Below, one piece after another: positions 26,416 to 34,263 of a stretch of DNA of 34,834 bases. The stretch comes from a virus (Duplodnaviria; Caudoviricetes). Each line of letters starts with the position of its first letter. Position 1 is the stretch's first letter. The notes below the pieces were generated by a model. That model did no database searches, was not told the origin of the DNA, and was given only the letters and a program-made list of their open reading frames with translations. A program made the position numbers and the translations under genes. Location of the stretch: IMG/VR virus record IMGVR_UViG_3300044724_004857, positions 1 through 34,834 of that record; one strand, given 5' to 3'.

Positions 26416-27600
26416 ATGATTACTCTTCGCCCTCATCAACAACGTGGTTTGGACGCACTAGAGTCCAATGATCGTGGACAAATACTAATCCCAACAGGAG
26501 GAGGAAAAACGCTGATTGCAATCATGGATGCAAAGAGACAATTAGAGACTCAACCTTCCACCATTGTTGTTGTCTGTCCCAGGATTTTGCTTTCTGAGCA
26601 GTTGTGTTCAGAGTTTCTTGAGGTCATTGACACCAAGAATGTTCATGTGCTACATTGTCATAGTGGTGAAACTACTCACTTCAGTTCCACCAGGGCAAAA
26701 GATATTCACCTATTCACCAATGTAGCACGTAGTGAGGGTGAGAGTGTTCTAATCTTCACCACATATCACTCTCTACACCGTGTACAAGAGGCAGACATTG
26801 AAGTCAATACCATTTACTTCGATGAGGCACACAACAGTGTTCAACGCCACTTCTTCCCTCCTACAGAGTTCTTCTCTAACGAAGCAGATCGTTCATACTT
26901 CTTTACTGCAACCCGTAAGACTTCTATCACTATCAATAAGCCTGGTATGAATGACCGTGAGGTTTATGGTGACATTATTTGTCGTGTCTCTGCTCCTGAA
27001 CTTGTTCAAGGTGGATACATTGCTCCACCTAAAATTCATGTGAAAGAGTTTGACATTCACAACAATACCAAACTCATCACTTGTGAAACTGATTGTGAAC
27101 ATCTCATCTCTACTATTGATGAGGTTCAGATGAAGAAACTTCTGGTCTGTGTGAAGACTACCAAACAACTGGTAAATGTCATCACTCATACTGATTTCAC
27201 TACTCAGTTGTCTGACCGTGGTTATTCGTACCTTTATATTACCGCAAAAACTGGTGCAGTTGTTGATGGTAAGAAGGTCAATCGTGAGGAGTTCTTTAAC
27301 GTCCTAAACTCTTGGGGTAAAGATCCCGATAAAAAGTTCGTTGTTCTTCATCGTTCTATTTTGTCAGAGGGTATCTCTGTCAACCGTCTAGATTGTGTTA
27401 TCTTCCTTCGTAATATGGACACTATTGAATTAACTCAGTCGATTGGTCGTGTTCTTCGTACCTGTCCCGATAAGTCCTTTGGGTTATGCGTGGTGCCGAT
27501 TTATAGTAAAGTTGGGATTTCTACACAACGTGCTCTTCAAAATGTTGTTGATACGGTATTTGAAAGAGGTGAGCTCCTTGACAGCGTAGTGCGTAAATAA
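26416..27600 (+). CDS. Superfamily 2 DEAH-box helicase (ResIII-like)
   Basis: LRPHQ, PTGGGKT (Walker A), DEAH, TAT, LSEGI, QSIGRVLR. Confidence 0.9.
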   Translation: MITLRPHQQRGLDALESNDRGQILIPTGGGKTLIAIMDAKRQLETQPSTIVVVCPRILLSEQLCSEFLEVIDTKNVHVLHCHSGETTHFSSTRAKDIHLFTNVARSEGESVLIFTTYHSLHRVQEADIEVNTIYFDEAHNSVQRHFFPPTEFFSNEADRSYFFTATRKTSITINKPGMNDREVYGDIICRVSAPELVQGGYIAPPKIHVKEFDIHNNTKLITCETDCEHLISTIDEVQMKKLLVCVKTTKQLVNVITHTDFTTQLSDRGYSYLYITAKTGAVVDGKKVNREEFFNVLNSWGKDPDKKFVVLHRSILSEGISVNRLDCVIFLRNMDTIELTQSIGRVLRTCPDKSFGLCVVPIYSKVGISTQRALQNVVDTVFERGELLDSVVRK

Positions 27601-27604
27601 GGTT

Positions 27605-27720
27605 CAGTCATACCAAGGGTTTTGGGGGTATCAAAAACCCCTTTTTCCATATCGAACCCGTTTATGACCTAACACACCTTCATTCGCACAGAATTATTGA
27701 AAAATCAGTTTATGAAACTA
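27605..27720. repeat. ~116-bp tripartite site, copy 1
   Basis: Three conserved blocks with the same spacing as 32690-32805. Confidence 0.75.
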
Positions 27721-27921
27721 ATTGAACACAGAAGTGATATCCTAGATTCCAAAGTTCGGGAACTAGGATTCATTGTAGGTAAAGATGATGAGTATGCAGC
27801 CATACCTTTGACAGGTAGTGAGACCAAGTTGGTTATCATTCATAAGGGTAATATTTTGAAGACTTGTCGTAACCGAAAGGCAGCACTTACCTTTATCAAA
27901 AAACATTCTAAAACTAAATAA
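27712..27921 (+). CDS. Hypothetical protein
   Basis: ~69-aa ORF; start uncertain (ATG 27712 or TTG 27697). Confidence 0.55.
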   Translation: MKLIEHRSDILDSKVRELGFIVGKDDEYAAIPLTGSETKLVIIHKGNILKTCRNRKAALTFIKKHSKTK

Positions 27922-27942
27922 GACATAGGATAAAGAAAGAAG

Positions 27943-28875
27943 ATGAAGACCTTTCAACAATTTAACGAAGATGCACAGGTAGGCCCATCGTCTTTCGGTG
28001 GTGATAAGGGTTGGAGTAATACACAAATGAAAGGTTTTAGTAATAAAATTGATAGTGTAAGAAAGGCTCCTGTAAAATTGGTGAAGGATCTTTACAACGC
28101 CAAGAAAGAAGCAGAGGAAGAGAGAGAAAACGAACAAAGAAAGATTGACATCTATAACAAGAAGATGCAAGATAGTAAGAAAATTGCAAAACTTGAAAAA
28201 CAAATTGATAATATAACGAAGAAAGACCAACAACAAACTACTGATAAGAAACCTACACCTACACAACAAACCAATGAAGTTTATGATCCTGAAATTCAAT
28301 CAAGGTCACAGATTCGTAAGACTGGTGAAGGTGGAAGAGTAGGAAGAGACCGTAGAAAGAGTGAACCAGAACGTCGTAGAATGAAGGCCACTGGTGGTGG
28401 TAAGTCTGAACCAGTTAGCTATAAGGATCGTAAGGACATTGGTAGTCAGAAACAAGCAAGCACCCGTCAACAACAACCAGAAAAATCAAGAGGTTCTGAA
28501 GAAGTCAAACAATCATATGCTGATAAGGTTAAGGCAGAAAGAAAGGCCGCAGCATTGGCAAGACGCCAGGCCAAATCAGGTGGTGGAGAGGTAAAGAAAA
28601 CCACCACATCTTCTAAAGATGCTGAGAAACAAGCATCCAAACTTCTGACCAAGAAGACACCAGAGAAGAAAGTTGATCCTGATTATAAACCAGCCAAGGC
28701 GTCTGGACTTACTCGTAAAGAGAGAATGTCCCAGCAACGTAAGGGTGAAACCATGTTGCGTGGTATATTTAAAGACCAAGAAACTGACAAATACCGCAAG
28801 GCAACGGGCAAGAATCCCGATGCCAAAGGTAGAACCAAGATTATGGGTAGAGTGCACAAACGGATGAGTTCCTAA
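27943..28875 (+). CDS. Lys/Arg-rich late protein, possible internal head protein
   Basis: ACTAAATA at 27913-27920; MKTFQQFNE N-terminus; highly charged. Confidence 0.6.
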   Translation: MKTFQQFNEDAQVGPSSFGGDKGWSNTQMKGFSNKIDSVRKAPVKLVKDLYNAKKEAEEERENEQRKIDIYNKKMQDSKKIAKLEKQIDNITKKDQQQTTDKKPTPTQQTNEVYDPEIQSRSQIRKTGEGGRVGRDRRKSEPERRRMKATGGGKSEPVSYKDRKDIGSQKQASTRQQQPEKSRGSEEVKQSYADKVKAERKAAALARRQAKSGGGEVKKTTTSSKDAEKQASKLLTKKTPEKKVDPDYKPAKASGLTRKERMSQQRKGETMLRGIFKDQETDKYRKATGKNPDAKGRTKIMGRVHKRMSS

Positions 28876-28911
28876 ATTATATGTGGGCGGTCAATGTGTC
28901 TTGGCGGAGTG

Positions 28912-28948
28912 TTGACGTAAGACCCAAAATATGATATAATTCTAAATA
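28912..28948 (+). promoter_or_regulatory. Sigma70 promoter plus adjacent late promoter for the second endonuclease
   Basis: TTGACG-17 nt-TATAAT (with TG extension), immediately followed by TCTAAATA. Confidence 0.7.
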
Positions 28949-28968
28949 GTATGTCCGCCAAGACAACT

Positions 28969-29640
28969 ATGAAAGAATATTATACTTATGCCTATCTTCG
29001 CGAAGATGGAACACCTTACTACATAGGGAAAGGTCAAGGAGATAGAATAACTAGAAAACACTATCGTAGGGATGGTGGATATTTTAGTGCCCCAAAGGAT
29101 ACGAATAGAATATTATATCTGAAACGAAATCTGTCAGAACAAGAGGCATTTAGACACGAACAATATATGATTAGTGTCTATGGGCGTAAAGATATTGGCA
29201 CAGGCATACTACGAAACCGCACAGATGGTGGTGAAGGTCCGACTGGCAAAGTTTTAAGTGAAGAAACAAAGAAAAGGATTAGTGAGTTTCAAAGGGGCAA
29301 ACCTAAATGGTCTGACGCCGATAAAGAAAGAATTAAACAACAAGTCACAGGCAGATGGGAAACATATAGTGAAGAGAAGAAAGATATTATTAGACAAAAA
29401 CTAAAAGAGAATCACGGTGGTGGTTCTTCGGGTGATAGAAATGCCAAGTCAATAGGGTGGCGAATTTATCATAAATGTGGTAAAATAACGGAGATGGTAG
29501 GTATATCTAATTGGGCAAAATCTAATGGTTACATTCAGGCACATATAATTGCGGTAAGAGATGGTAAGAGAAAGTATCACAAAGACATCATAAAGGTGGA
29601 GAGACTAAATAAAAATATAATCAAAGTAACCAGTTTTTGA
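28969..29640 (+). CDS. Free-standing GIY-YIG/Seg-like homing endonuclease with NUMOD3-like motif
   Basis: YYTYAYLREDGTPYYIGKG...EAFRHE...NRTDGGEG; SEETKKRIS; ATG 28969 aligns with the paralog start. Confidence 0.8.
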   Translation: MKEYYTYAYLREDGTPYYIGKGQGDRITRKHYRRDGGYFSAPKDTNRILYLKRNLSEQEAFRHEQYMISVYGRKDIGTGILRNRTDGGEGPTGKVLSEETKKRISEFQRGKPKWSDADKERIKQQVTGRWETYSEEKKDIIRQKLKENHGGGSSGDRNAKSIGWRIYHKCGKITEMVGISNWAKSNGYIQAHIIAVRDGKRKYHKDIIKVERLNKNIIKVTSF

Positions 29641-29685
29641 ACTGTCACAAACCCTCTTGACTTTTTGTCAGAAGGGTTTTATAGT
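29640..29685 (+). promoter_or_regulatory. AACTGTCAC box + stem-loop sigma70-like promoter
   Basis: TTGACT(29657)-17 nt-TATAGT(29680) within hairpin ACCCTCTTGAC/GTCAGAAGGGT. Confidence 0.65.
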
Positions 29686-29691
29686 ATGCAT

Positions 29692-29883
29692 ATGAACTAC
29701 CAACAACTGACAGATACAATCTATCCAGACTTTGTTGAATACACTCTGGATAAACATTCAAAAGAAATAAAAGATTTGTACAGGGGTTTCATTGATGAAT
29801 ATCTCAATGAAAGTCTTGGTGAGTTGAATCCAAAGACACGCAACAAACTGACAAAAGAGTTACTTGATCGACTTATTCGGTGA
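29692..29883 (+). CDS. Hypothetical protein (possibly leaderless)
   Basis: ATG 6 nt after the -10 box; alternative ATG 29686. Confidence 0.55.
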   Translation: MNYQQLTDTIYPDFVEYTLDKHSKEIKDLYRGFIDEYLNESLGELNPKTRNKLTKELLDRLIR

Positions 29884-29890
29884 TATTATT

Positions 29891-29921
29891 GTTAGTAACC
29901 TCTAAAGTGTCCCTGTAGTGT
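29891..29921 (+). repeat. Intergenic cassette element, copy 4
   Basis: GTTAGTAACCTCTAAAGTGTCCCTGTAGTGT. Confidence 0.92.
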
Positions 29922-29936
29922 AACCACTCAATTATT

Positions 29937-30515
29937 ATGACCACCACTTATCAACAATTTGTTGATGATCTTCATTCTATCCCTGATAAAGTTTTTATCG
30001 ATTTTCTAATTGAATGTAAGAAAATTTATATGAGATATTCTGGAGTAGGACTTTATAATTTTGTCAAAGGTCATAAGGTTGAACATGAATTTGTGAAATA
30101 TGTTAAATCATATATTGACTTGAGAGCCAGTAAAAAACAATCACCAGATGATCCCGATTGTGTTTATGGTGAGAATTATCTCCCAGATATTAAAACAAAG
30201 CAAGATGGTCTTAAGACAAAGAAAAATGGCGAATTTTATGCAAATCCATGGATCTTAAAGAATCCCTATTCAAATAAAGATGTTTTTACAACTAGGGCAG
30301 ACTCATATATCTTAATTGATCCCACTTGTAACAAAATTGCGGTCGTTGATTCAGAATATTTCTCTGGATGTTTTAATAATCAAAACTCAACTACTTGTTA
30401 TTTCAATGTATGTCGAGATCAAGTTGACATGATTTTTGATGGTACCGGCAAAATTCCTTATGTCGAACCAATTGAACCCATCAGTGAGTATGATTTAATG
30501 GAGTCAATTCCATGA
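29937..30515 (+). CDS. Hypothetical protein, possible PD-(D/E)xK nuclease
   Basis: G..VE...DPD-x9-DIK pattern. Confidence 0.5.
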   Translation: MTTTYQQFVDDLHSIPDKVFIDFLIECKKIYMRYSGVGLYNFVKGHKVEHEFVKYVKSYIDLRASKKQSPDDPDCVYGENYLPDIKTKQDGLKTKKNGEFYANPWILKNPYSNKDVFTTRADSYILIDPTCNKIAVVDSEYFSGCFNNQNSTTCYFNVCRDQVDMIFDGTGKIPYVEPIEPISEYDLMESIP

Positions 30516-30523
30516 ATGTTATT

Positions 30524-30554
30524 GTTAGTAACCTCTAAAGTGTCCCTGTAGTGT
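30524..30554 (+). repeat. Intergenic cassette element, copy 5
   Basis: Identical to copy 4. Confidence 0.92.
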
Positions 30555-30571
30555 AACCACTCAATCAACTC

Positions 30572-30913
30572 ATGACTCTCACTCAATCCAAAACTGAATA
30601 TCTGACTGAGGCTCTCATTGAACAACTGAATAACCGTGAGAAGGTCAACTCTATTGAATCTTCAAGATCCTGTTACACCAACTTTGAGTATGAAGTTGGT
30701 CGTAAGTATATCAAAGTCTGGTCTTATTTGATCTCTGATGGTGAGAAACTCCGTGGTCGTTCTTGCTTCATGTTTGTAGAAAAAGAGACTGGTGCAGTTC
30801 TGAAACCTGCTTCACATCGTGCGCCTGCCAAAGGCATTAGGTTCTACATTGATTTCCTGGCTGATCACCCTGAGGTTGTTGATCAATACGGTTCCTTCCT
30901 TTATCTTCGTTGA
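30572..30913 (+). CDS. Hypothetical phage early protein
   Basis: GRKYIKV...FVEKETG.VLKPAS..APAKG.R motif. Confidence 0.7.
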   Translation: MTLTQSKTEYLTEALIEQLNNREKVNSIESSRSCYTNFEYEVGRKYIKVWSYLISDGEKLRGRSCFMFVEKETGAVLKPASHRAPAKGIRFYIDFLADHPEVVDQYGSFLYLR

Positions 30914-30920
30914 GATTATT

Positions 30921-30951
30921 GTTAGTAACCTCCAAAGTGTCCCTGTAGTAT
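30921..30951 (+). repeat. Intergenic cassette element, copy 6
   Basis: GTTAGTAACCTCCAAAGTGTCCCTGTAGTAT. Confidence 0.92.
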
Positions 30952-30965
30952 AACCACCCAATCAA

Positions 30966-31169
30966 ATGCCACTTTCTGAATCCACTGTCTCACGAATTGT
31001 TGATGCACTCAAAGATGACATCATTGAACACATTTACTTGAACGAGAAATATAATGAAGTTATGCGTCAATGTATTGAAGAGGCATTAGATGCCAAAATG
31101 GGTGAGATGGATGAAGATCTATATTTTGACCTTGGTATGTGTTTATACGAACGAATTGAATTGAAATAA
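30966..31169 (+). CDS. Hypothetical acidic protein
   Basis: 67-aa ORF exactly between two elements. Confidence 0.65.
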   Translation: MPLSESTVSRIVDALKDDIIEHIYLNEKYNEVMRQCIEEALDAKMGEMDEDLYFDLGMCLYERIELK

Positions 31170-31170
31170 A

Positions 31171-31201
31171 GTTAGTAACCTCTAAAGTGTCCCTGTAGTA
31201 T
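31171..31201 (+). repeat. Intergenic cassette element, copy 7
   Basis: GTTAGTAACCTCTAAAGTGTCCCTGTAGTAT. Confidence 0.92.
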
Positions 31202-31222
31202 AACCACTCGCCAATCAATCAA

Positions 31223-31390
31223 ATGAGCATCTATGTAAGATTCGATTCAGCTGAATATGATGAACCACAGTTCATCGGTCCATTTGAAACCGAAGAGGAT
31301 GCTGATGATTATGCAGACTATCAGAACACAGGTCTTTCACTAAATGGTGTTCCTGGTCATGTTGCATCCTATTCTGTATCTGGTTGTTGA
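31223..31390 (+). CDS. Small hypothetical protein (55 aa, MSIYVRFDSAEYDEPQFIGPFETEEDADDY...)
   Basis: Translated by hand; fills the space between two elements. Confidence 0.65.
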   Translation: MSIYVRFDSAEYDEPQFIGPFETEEDADDYADYQNTGLSLNGVPGHVASYSVSGC

Positions 31391-31397
31391 CATTATT

Positions 31398-31428
31398 GTT
31401 AGTAACCTCTAAACTGTCTCTATAGTAT
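31398..31428 (+). repeat. Intergenic cassette element, copy 8
   Basis: GTTAGTAACCTCTAAACTGTCTCTATAGTAT. Confidence 0.9.
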
Positions 31429-31448
31429 AACCACTCTCCCCCAACACC

Positions 31449-31640
31449 ATGAGCAACACTATCAAACAAGAATCTGTTGATCTAATGGCAGAACAACTTT
31501 ATCAACAGATGGTACAACATGTTGATAATGACAACTATGGTAATTCTGACGCCATTCATTCTGAATGGGTTGTTGATGGTAAAGACCCCGAAGATGGTGA
31601 ATATGAGTTCATGTTCATTGACTATCTCTCACAAGTTTAA
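31449..31640 (+). CDS. Hypothetical acidic protein
   Basis: 63-aa ORF following the element. Confidence 0.65.
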   Translation: MSNTIKQESVDLMAEQLYQQMVQHVDNDNYGNSDAIHSEWVVDGKDPEDGEYEFMFIDYLSQV

Positions 31641-31664
31641 TTTACATCACACACAAACTAAATC

Positions 31665-32210
31665 ATGAAAAAGTTTCTCACCTCTGTTATTGCAGGCGCT
31701 TCTGTTATTTTCACACCAGGATCAGCCATTGCTGGTAACACTTATGAAGACCATGTAGATCTCTTTAACGCACTCAACGAAGTTGGTATTATTGTCAGCA
31801 TCAACTCCAAACTTCATTGTAGGTCTGGCGTAGATGGTAAGTATAATACAAGGTCAGGTATGTTGATTGTATGTCAAGACAATGGCGTTCCTGGTGGCCC
31901 TCAAGTAACCTGGACTTTAAATGACTTAGACACACTTAGACATGAATCTCATCATGTTGTTCAGGACTGTAATGAGGGAACAATTGCAGATGGGTTAACG
32001 GATAACCTTTTTTATGAAGAACAAGAGTTAATTGAATTTATCTCAAAGTCATCACTTACTACAGAACAATTAAAAAATCTGATGGAGTCATTAAAAAATG
32101 ATGGACTGAGTTACACCTCAATCATGATTGAAGTTGAGGCATACATTGTAGCAAAAGATGTTGATGCATCAACTATTGCCTCTAAAGTCAGGGAGTTCTG
32201 TACCCTCTGA
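31665..32210 (+). CDS. Secreted HEXXH metallopeptidase-like protein
   Basis: Signal peptide MKKFLTSVIAGASVIFTPGSAIA; TLRHESHHVVQDC; EVEAY. Confidence 0.65.
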   Translation: MKKFLTSVIAGASVIFTPGSAIAGNTYEDHVDLFNALNEVGIIVSINSKLHCRSGVDGKYNTRSGMLIVCQDNGVPGGPQVTWTLNDLDTLRHESHHVVQDCNEGTIADGLTDNLFYEEQELIEFISKSSLTTEQLKNLMESLKNDGLSYTSIMIEVEAYIVAKDVDASTIASKVREFCTL

Positions 32211-32340
32211 TTGATGGGCATATGTAACATGTTTTGGTGTGGTTACCTTGTTACATTGTAAGACCCATGTAGTAGAGGCATCAATCACATAATTGTGGTG
32301 GTTATAGTGATTGAGTAAGGCCTCATTGTTGGATAATAAA

Positions 32341-32371
32341 GTTAGTAACCTCTAAAGTGTCCCTGTAGTGT
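32341..32371 (+). repeat. Intergenic cassette element, copy 9
   Basis: Identical to copy 4. Confidence 0.92.
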
Positions 32372-32384
32372 AACCGCAACAATT

Positions 32385-32585
32385 ATGATGACATTTCTCA
32401 ACTGGGTTCAAGAAGCAATTGGTTGTAAAGTAGAAGACGAAAAAACTGGAATGGTTCATACCATTACCGGTGGTAAGTTTCTCGCTGATTCACCTTTGTG
32501 GCCTATGATTCAACTTACGGATGAGAATGGAGTTGTAAGATATGCAACTCTTGATAGGTTTGAAGAACTGATCTCTGTGGGGTAA
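32385..32585 (+). CDS. Hypothetical protein
   Basis: 66-aa ORF following the element. Confidence 0.65.
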   Translation: MMTFLNWVQEAIGCKVEDEKTGMVHTITGGKFLADSPLWPMIQLTDENGVVRYATLDRFEELISVG

Positions 32586-32612
32586 GTTTTGAATTGATAA
32601 GATAACACTTTC

Positions 32613-32637
32613 ACCCTCTCTTTGAGAGGGTTTTTTT
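32613..32637 (+). terminator. Rho-independent terminator
   Basis: ACCCTCTC-TTT-GAGAGGGT followed by a T-run. Confidence 0.8.
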
Positions 32638-32689
32638 ATGCGTAGAGATCATCACTCACCAGATAGAACAAATCTACTACTTCAGACCC

Positions 32690-32805
32690 CAGTGGTACCA
32701 GGGGCTCTCACGATATCAAAAACTCTTTTTTCCATATCGGGGGTTTTCAGGTGTGATAGGTCGTTTGACCCGATAAAATTATGGAAAAATCAGTTTATGA
32801 CACTA
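32690..32805. repeat. ~116-bp tripartite site, copy 2
   Basis: Matches 27605-27720; contains a 21-bp imperfect inverted repeat 32716-32736 / 32780-32800. Confidence 0.75.
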
Positions 32806-32824
32806 ACTGGTTCCGGGTATTATT

Positions 32825-32855
32825 GTTAGTAACCTCTAAAGTGTTCCATTGATAT
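32825..32855 (+). repeat. Intergenic cassette element, copy 10 (3' part diverged)
   Basis: GTTAGTAACCTCTAAAGTGTTCCATTGATAT. Confidence 0.85.
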
Positions 32856-32873
32856 AGTCTACTACAAAACCAC

Positions 32874-33437
32874 ATGCCTAAGGCCATCACAAGTTTTGAT
32901 CAAACCAAAATTGGAAGAAATTTAGAATCATATTACAATCTTCTCAAACTAATTGGCGGCTCTTTGAAAACTGAAAATGAAGAGTTTGTCAATGATATAG
33001 TAAACATTCTTGATGACACTATTTTTAATGCCGCCAGTAGTGTTTATTTCAGAAGTAATTTGATATCGGAAACCGCTAACCAACAACGTACAGATGGTGA
33101 AGTCATATTAGACGATCTGTGTAAACAACACAGATATCCTAGGAAATTGTCAACCGCATATATTTTTGATAATATATGTAACTGGAACATTGATGAGTTT
33201 AGAGAAGATATCATAAGATTGTCAGTGTTCGACATGACAACCAAGGAAGAGAATCAAGCATTGAAACCCTTTCAGAAGAGTGAAATCTTCAATATGGATA
33301 AGCCACTTGAACCTTATGATAAACTCGGTATAAAGATGGTAAAGTGTGATTGGCTTAAAGGTAAAAGAAAAGATGAACAACCACACATCTATGAAGAGAG
33401 GGTAGACTTATTTGGAAACACCTACTACACCACATAA
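32874..33437 (+). CDS. Hypothetical protein
   Basis: 187-aa ORF between elements; QHRYPRK...TTKEENQ.L weakly nuclease-like. Confidence 0.65.
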   Translation: MPKAITSFDQTKIGRNLESYYNLLKLIGGSLKTENEEFVNDIVNILDDTIFNAASSVYFRSNLISETANQQRTDGEVILDDLCKQHRYPRKLSTAYIFDNICNWNIDEFREDIIRLSVFDMTTKEENQALKPFQKSEIFNMDKPLEPYDKLGIKMVKCDWLKGKRKDEQPHIYEERVDLFGNTYYTT

Positions 33438-33485
33438 GTCTGCCCTCTCTTCCACTCGAATCACTTCAACCTTTCTTCTATTATT

Positions 33486-33516
33486 GTTAGTAACCTCTAA
33501 AGTGTCCCTATAGTAT
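33486..33516 (+). repeat. Intergenic cassette element, copy 11
   Basis: GTTAGTAACCTCTAAAGTGTCCCTATAGTAT. Confidence 0.92.
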
Positions 33517-33700
33517 GAGAACACCTTCAAACAACCCCTACGTGAACAACCTAGTCGAAATGGGTTATGATCAACAAGACTGCGAAGTCGCATCAACAAT
33601 GTTTCAAAAGAAAACGTTTCCATGTGTAATCCATGGTCGTTCATTTGATACTGAAGAGCAGTATCTTGAGGAACTCCAAGAGTTTCTGAATGGTAACTAA
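33515..33700 (+). CDS. Hypothetical protein
   Basis: 61-aa ORF whose ATG overlaps the end of the element; start uncertain. Confidence 0.55.
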   Translation: MRTPSNNPYVNNLVEMGYDQQDCEVASTMFQKKTFPCVIHGRSFDTEEQYLEELQEFLNGN

Positions 33701-33704
33701 CATT

Positions 33705-33735
33705 GTTAGTAACCTCTAAACTGTCCCTGTAGTAT
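33705..33735 (+). repeat. Intergenic cassette element, copy 12
   Basis: GTTAGTAACCTCTAAACTGTCCCTGTAGTAT. Confidence 0.92.
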
Positions 33736-33753
33736 GAGAACACCTTCAAACTA

Positions 33754-33906
33754 ATGCGTTACACAAACCCCTCTGGTCAAGAGTACATTTTTCCTTATTC
33801 AATCTCCCGTGAAGAAGCACTACAACGTATGGAAGAATATGAAAAGAAAGTAGAACAAGATGAACGTTCTGGACAACAATTATTCGATGATATGTTCGGA
33901 GGTTGA
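33754..33906 (+). CDS. Small hypothetical protein (50 aa, MRYTNPSGQEY...QLFDDMFGG)
   Basis: Translated by hand. Confidence 0.6.
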   Translation: MRYTNPSGQEYIFPYSISREEALQRMEEYEKKVEQDERSGQQLFDDMFGG

Positions 33907-33914
33907 TTAACATT

Positions 33915-34076
33915 ATGCAAGAGACTAAGTTTATTCTTCACGGTCAATTTCATCGCTCTGGTTGGGTTATGAACGACAGTTTAAGTTACATCAAACTCAC
34001 AAAAGAGGAAGCAATTGTAACATGTAACCGTATTAATCCCAACTTTGTAATTCAATCTGTTACCATCGAAAAGTGA
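33915..34076 (+). CDS. Small hypothetical protein (53 aa)
   Basis: Translated by hand; GGAGG RBS. Confidence 0.55.
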   Translation: MQETKFILHGQFHRSGWVMNDSLSYIKLTKEEAIVTCNRINPNFVIQSVTIEK

Positions 34077-34078
34077 TT

Positions 34079-34210
34079 ATGAGAATTGCATTCACTGTTT
34101 TAGTTGTCATCCTAGGTGCTAATCTAATGATTGACTTATTAGATTCAAGTATGGTAAAACTCATTCAAGAACGTAATGAAACACTTCAAAGAAGTCTTGA
34201 TTCGATGTAA
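34079..34210 (+). CDS. Small protein with N-terminal hydrophobic helix (43 aa)
   Basis: Translated by hand (MRIAFTVLVVILGANLMIDLL...). Confidence 0.5.
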   Translation: MRIAFTVLVVILGANLMIDLLDSSMVKLIQERNETLQRSLDSM

Positions 34211-34215
34211 TTATT

Positions 34216-34246
34216 GTTAGTAACCTCTAAAGTGTCCCTGTAGTGT
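34216..34246 (+). repeat. Intergenic cassette element, copy 13
   Basis: Identical to copy 4. Confidence 0.92.
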
Positions 34247-34263
34247 AACCACGTTTCTAAACT

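Noticed and set aside
647-33749. Minus-strand and nested alternative-frame ORFs in the track (e.g. 23799-24341, 27763-28299, 33408-33749, 32638-32829)
   Set aside because: They overlap better-supported + strand genes or regulatory repeats and show no recognisable motifs. The repeated YYRDSLEVTNN peptide is just the reverse translation of the DNA element.
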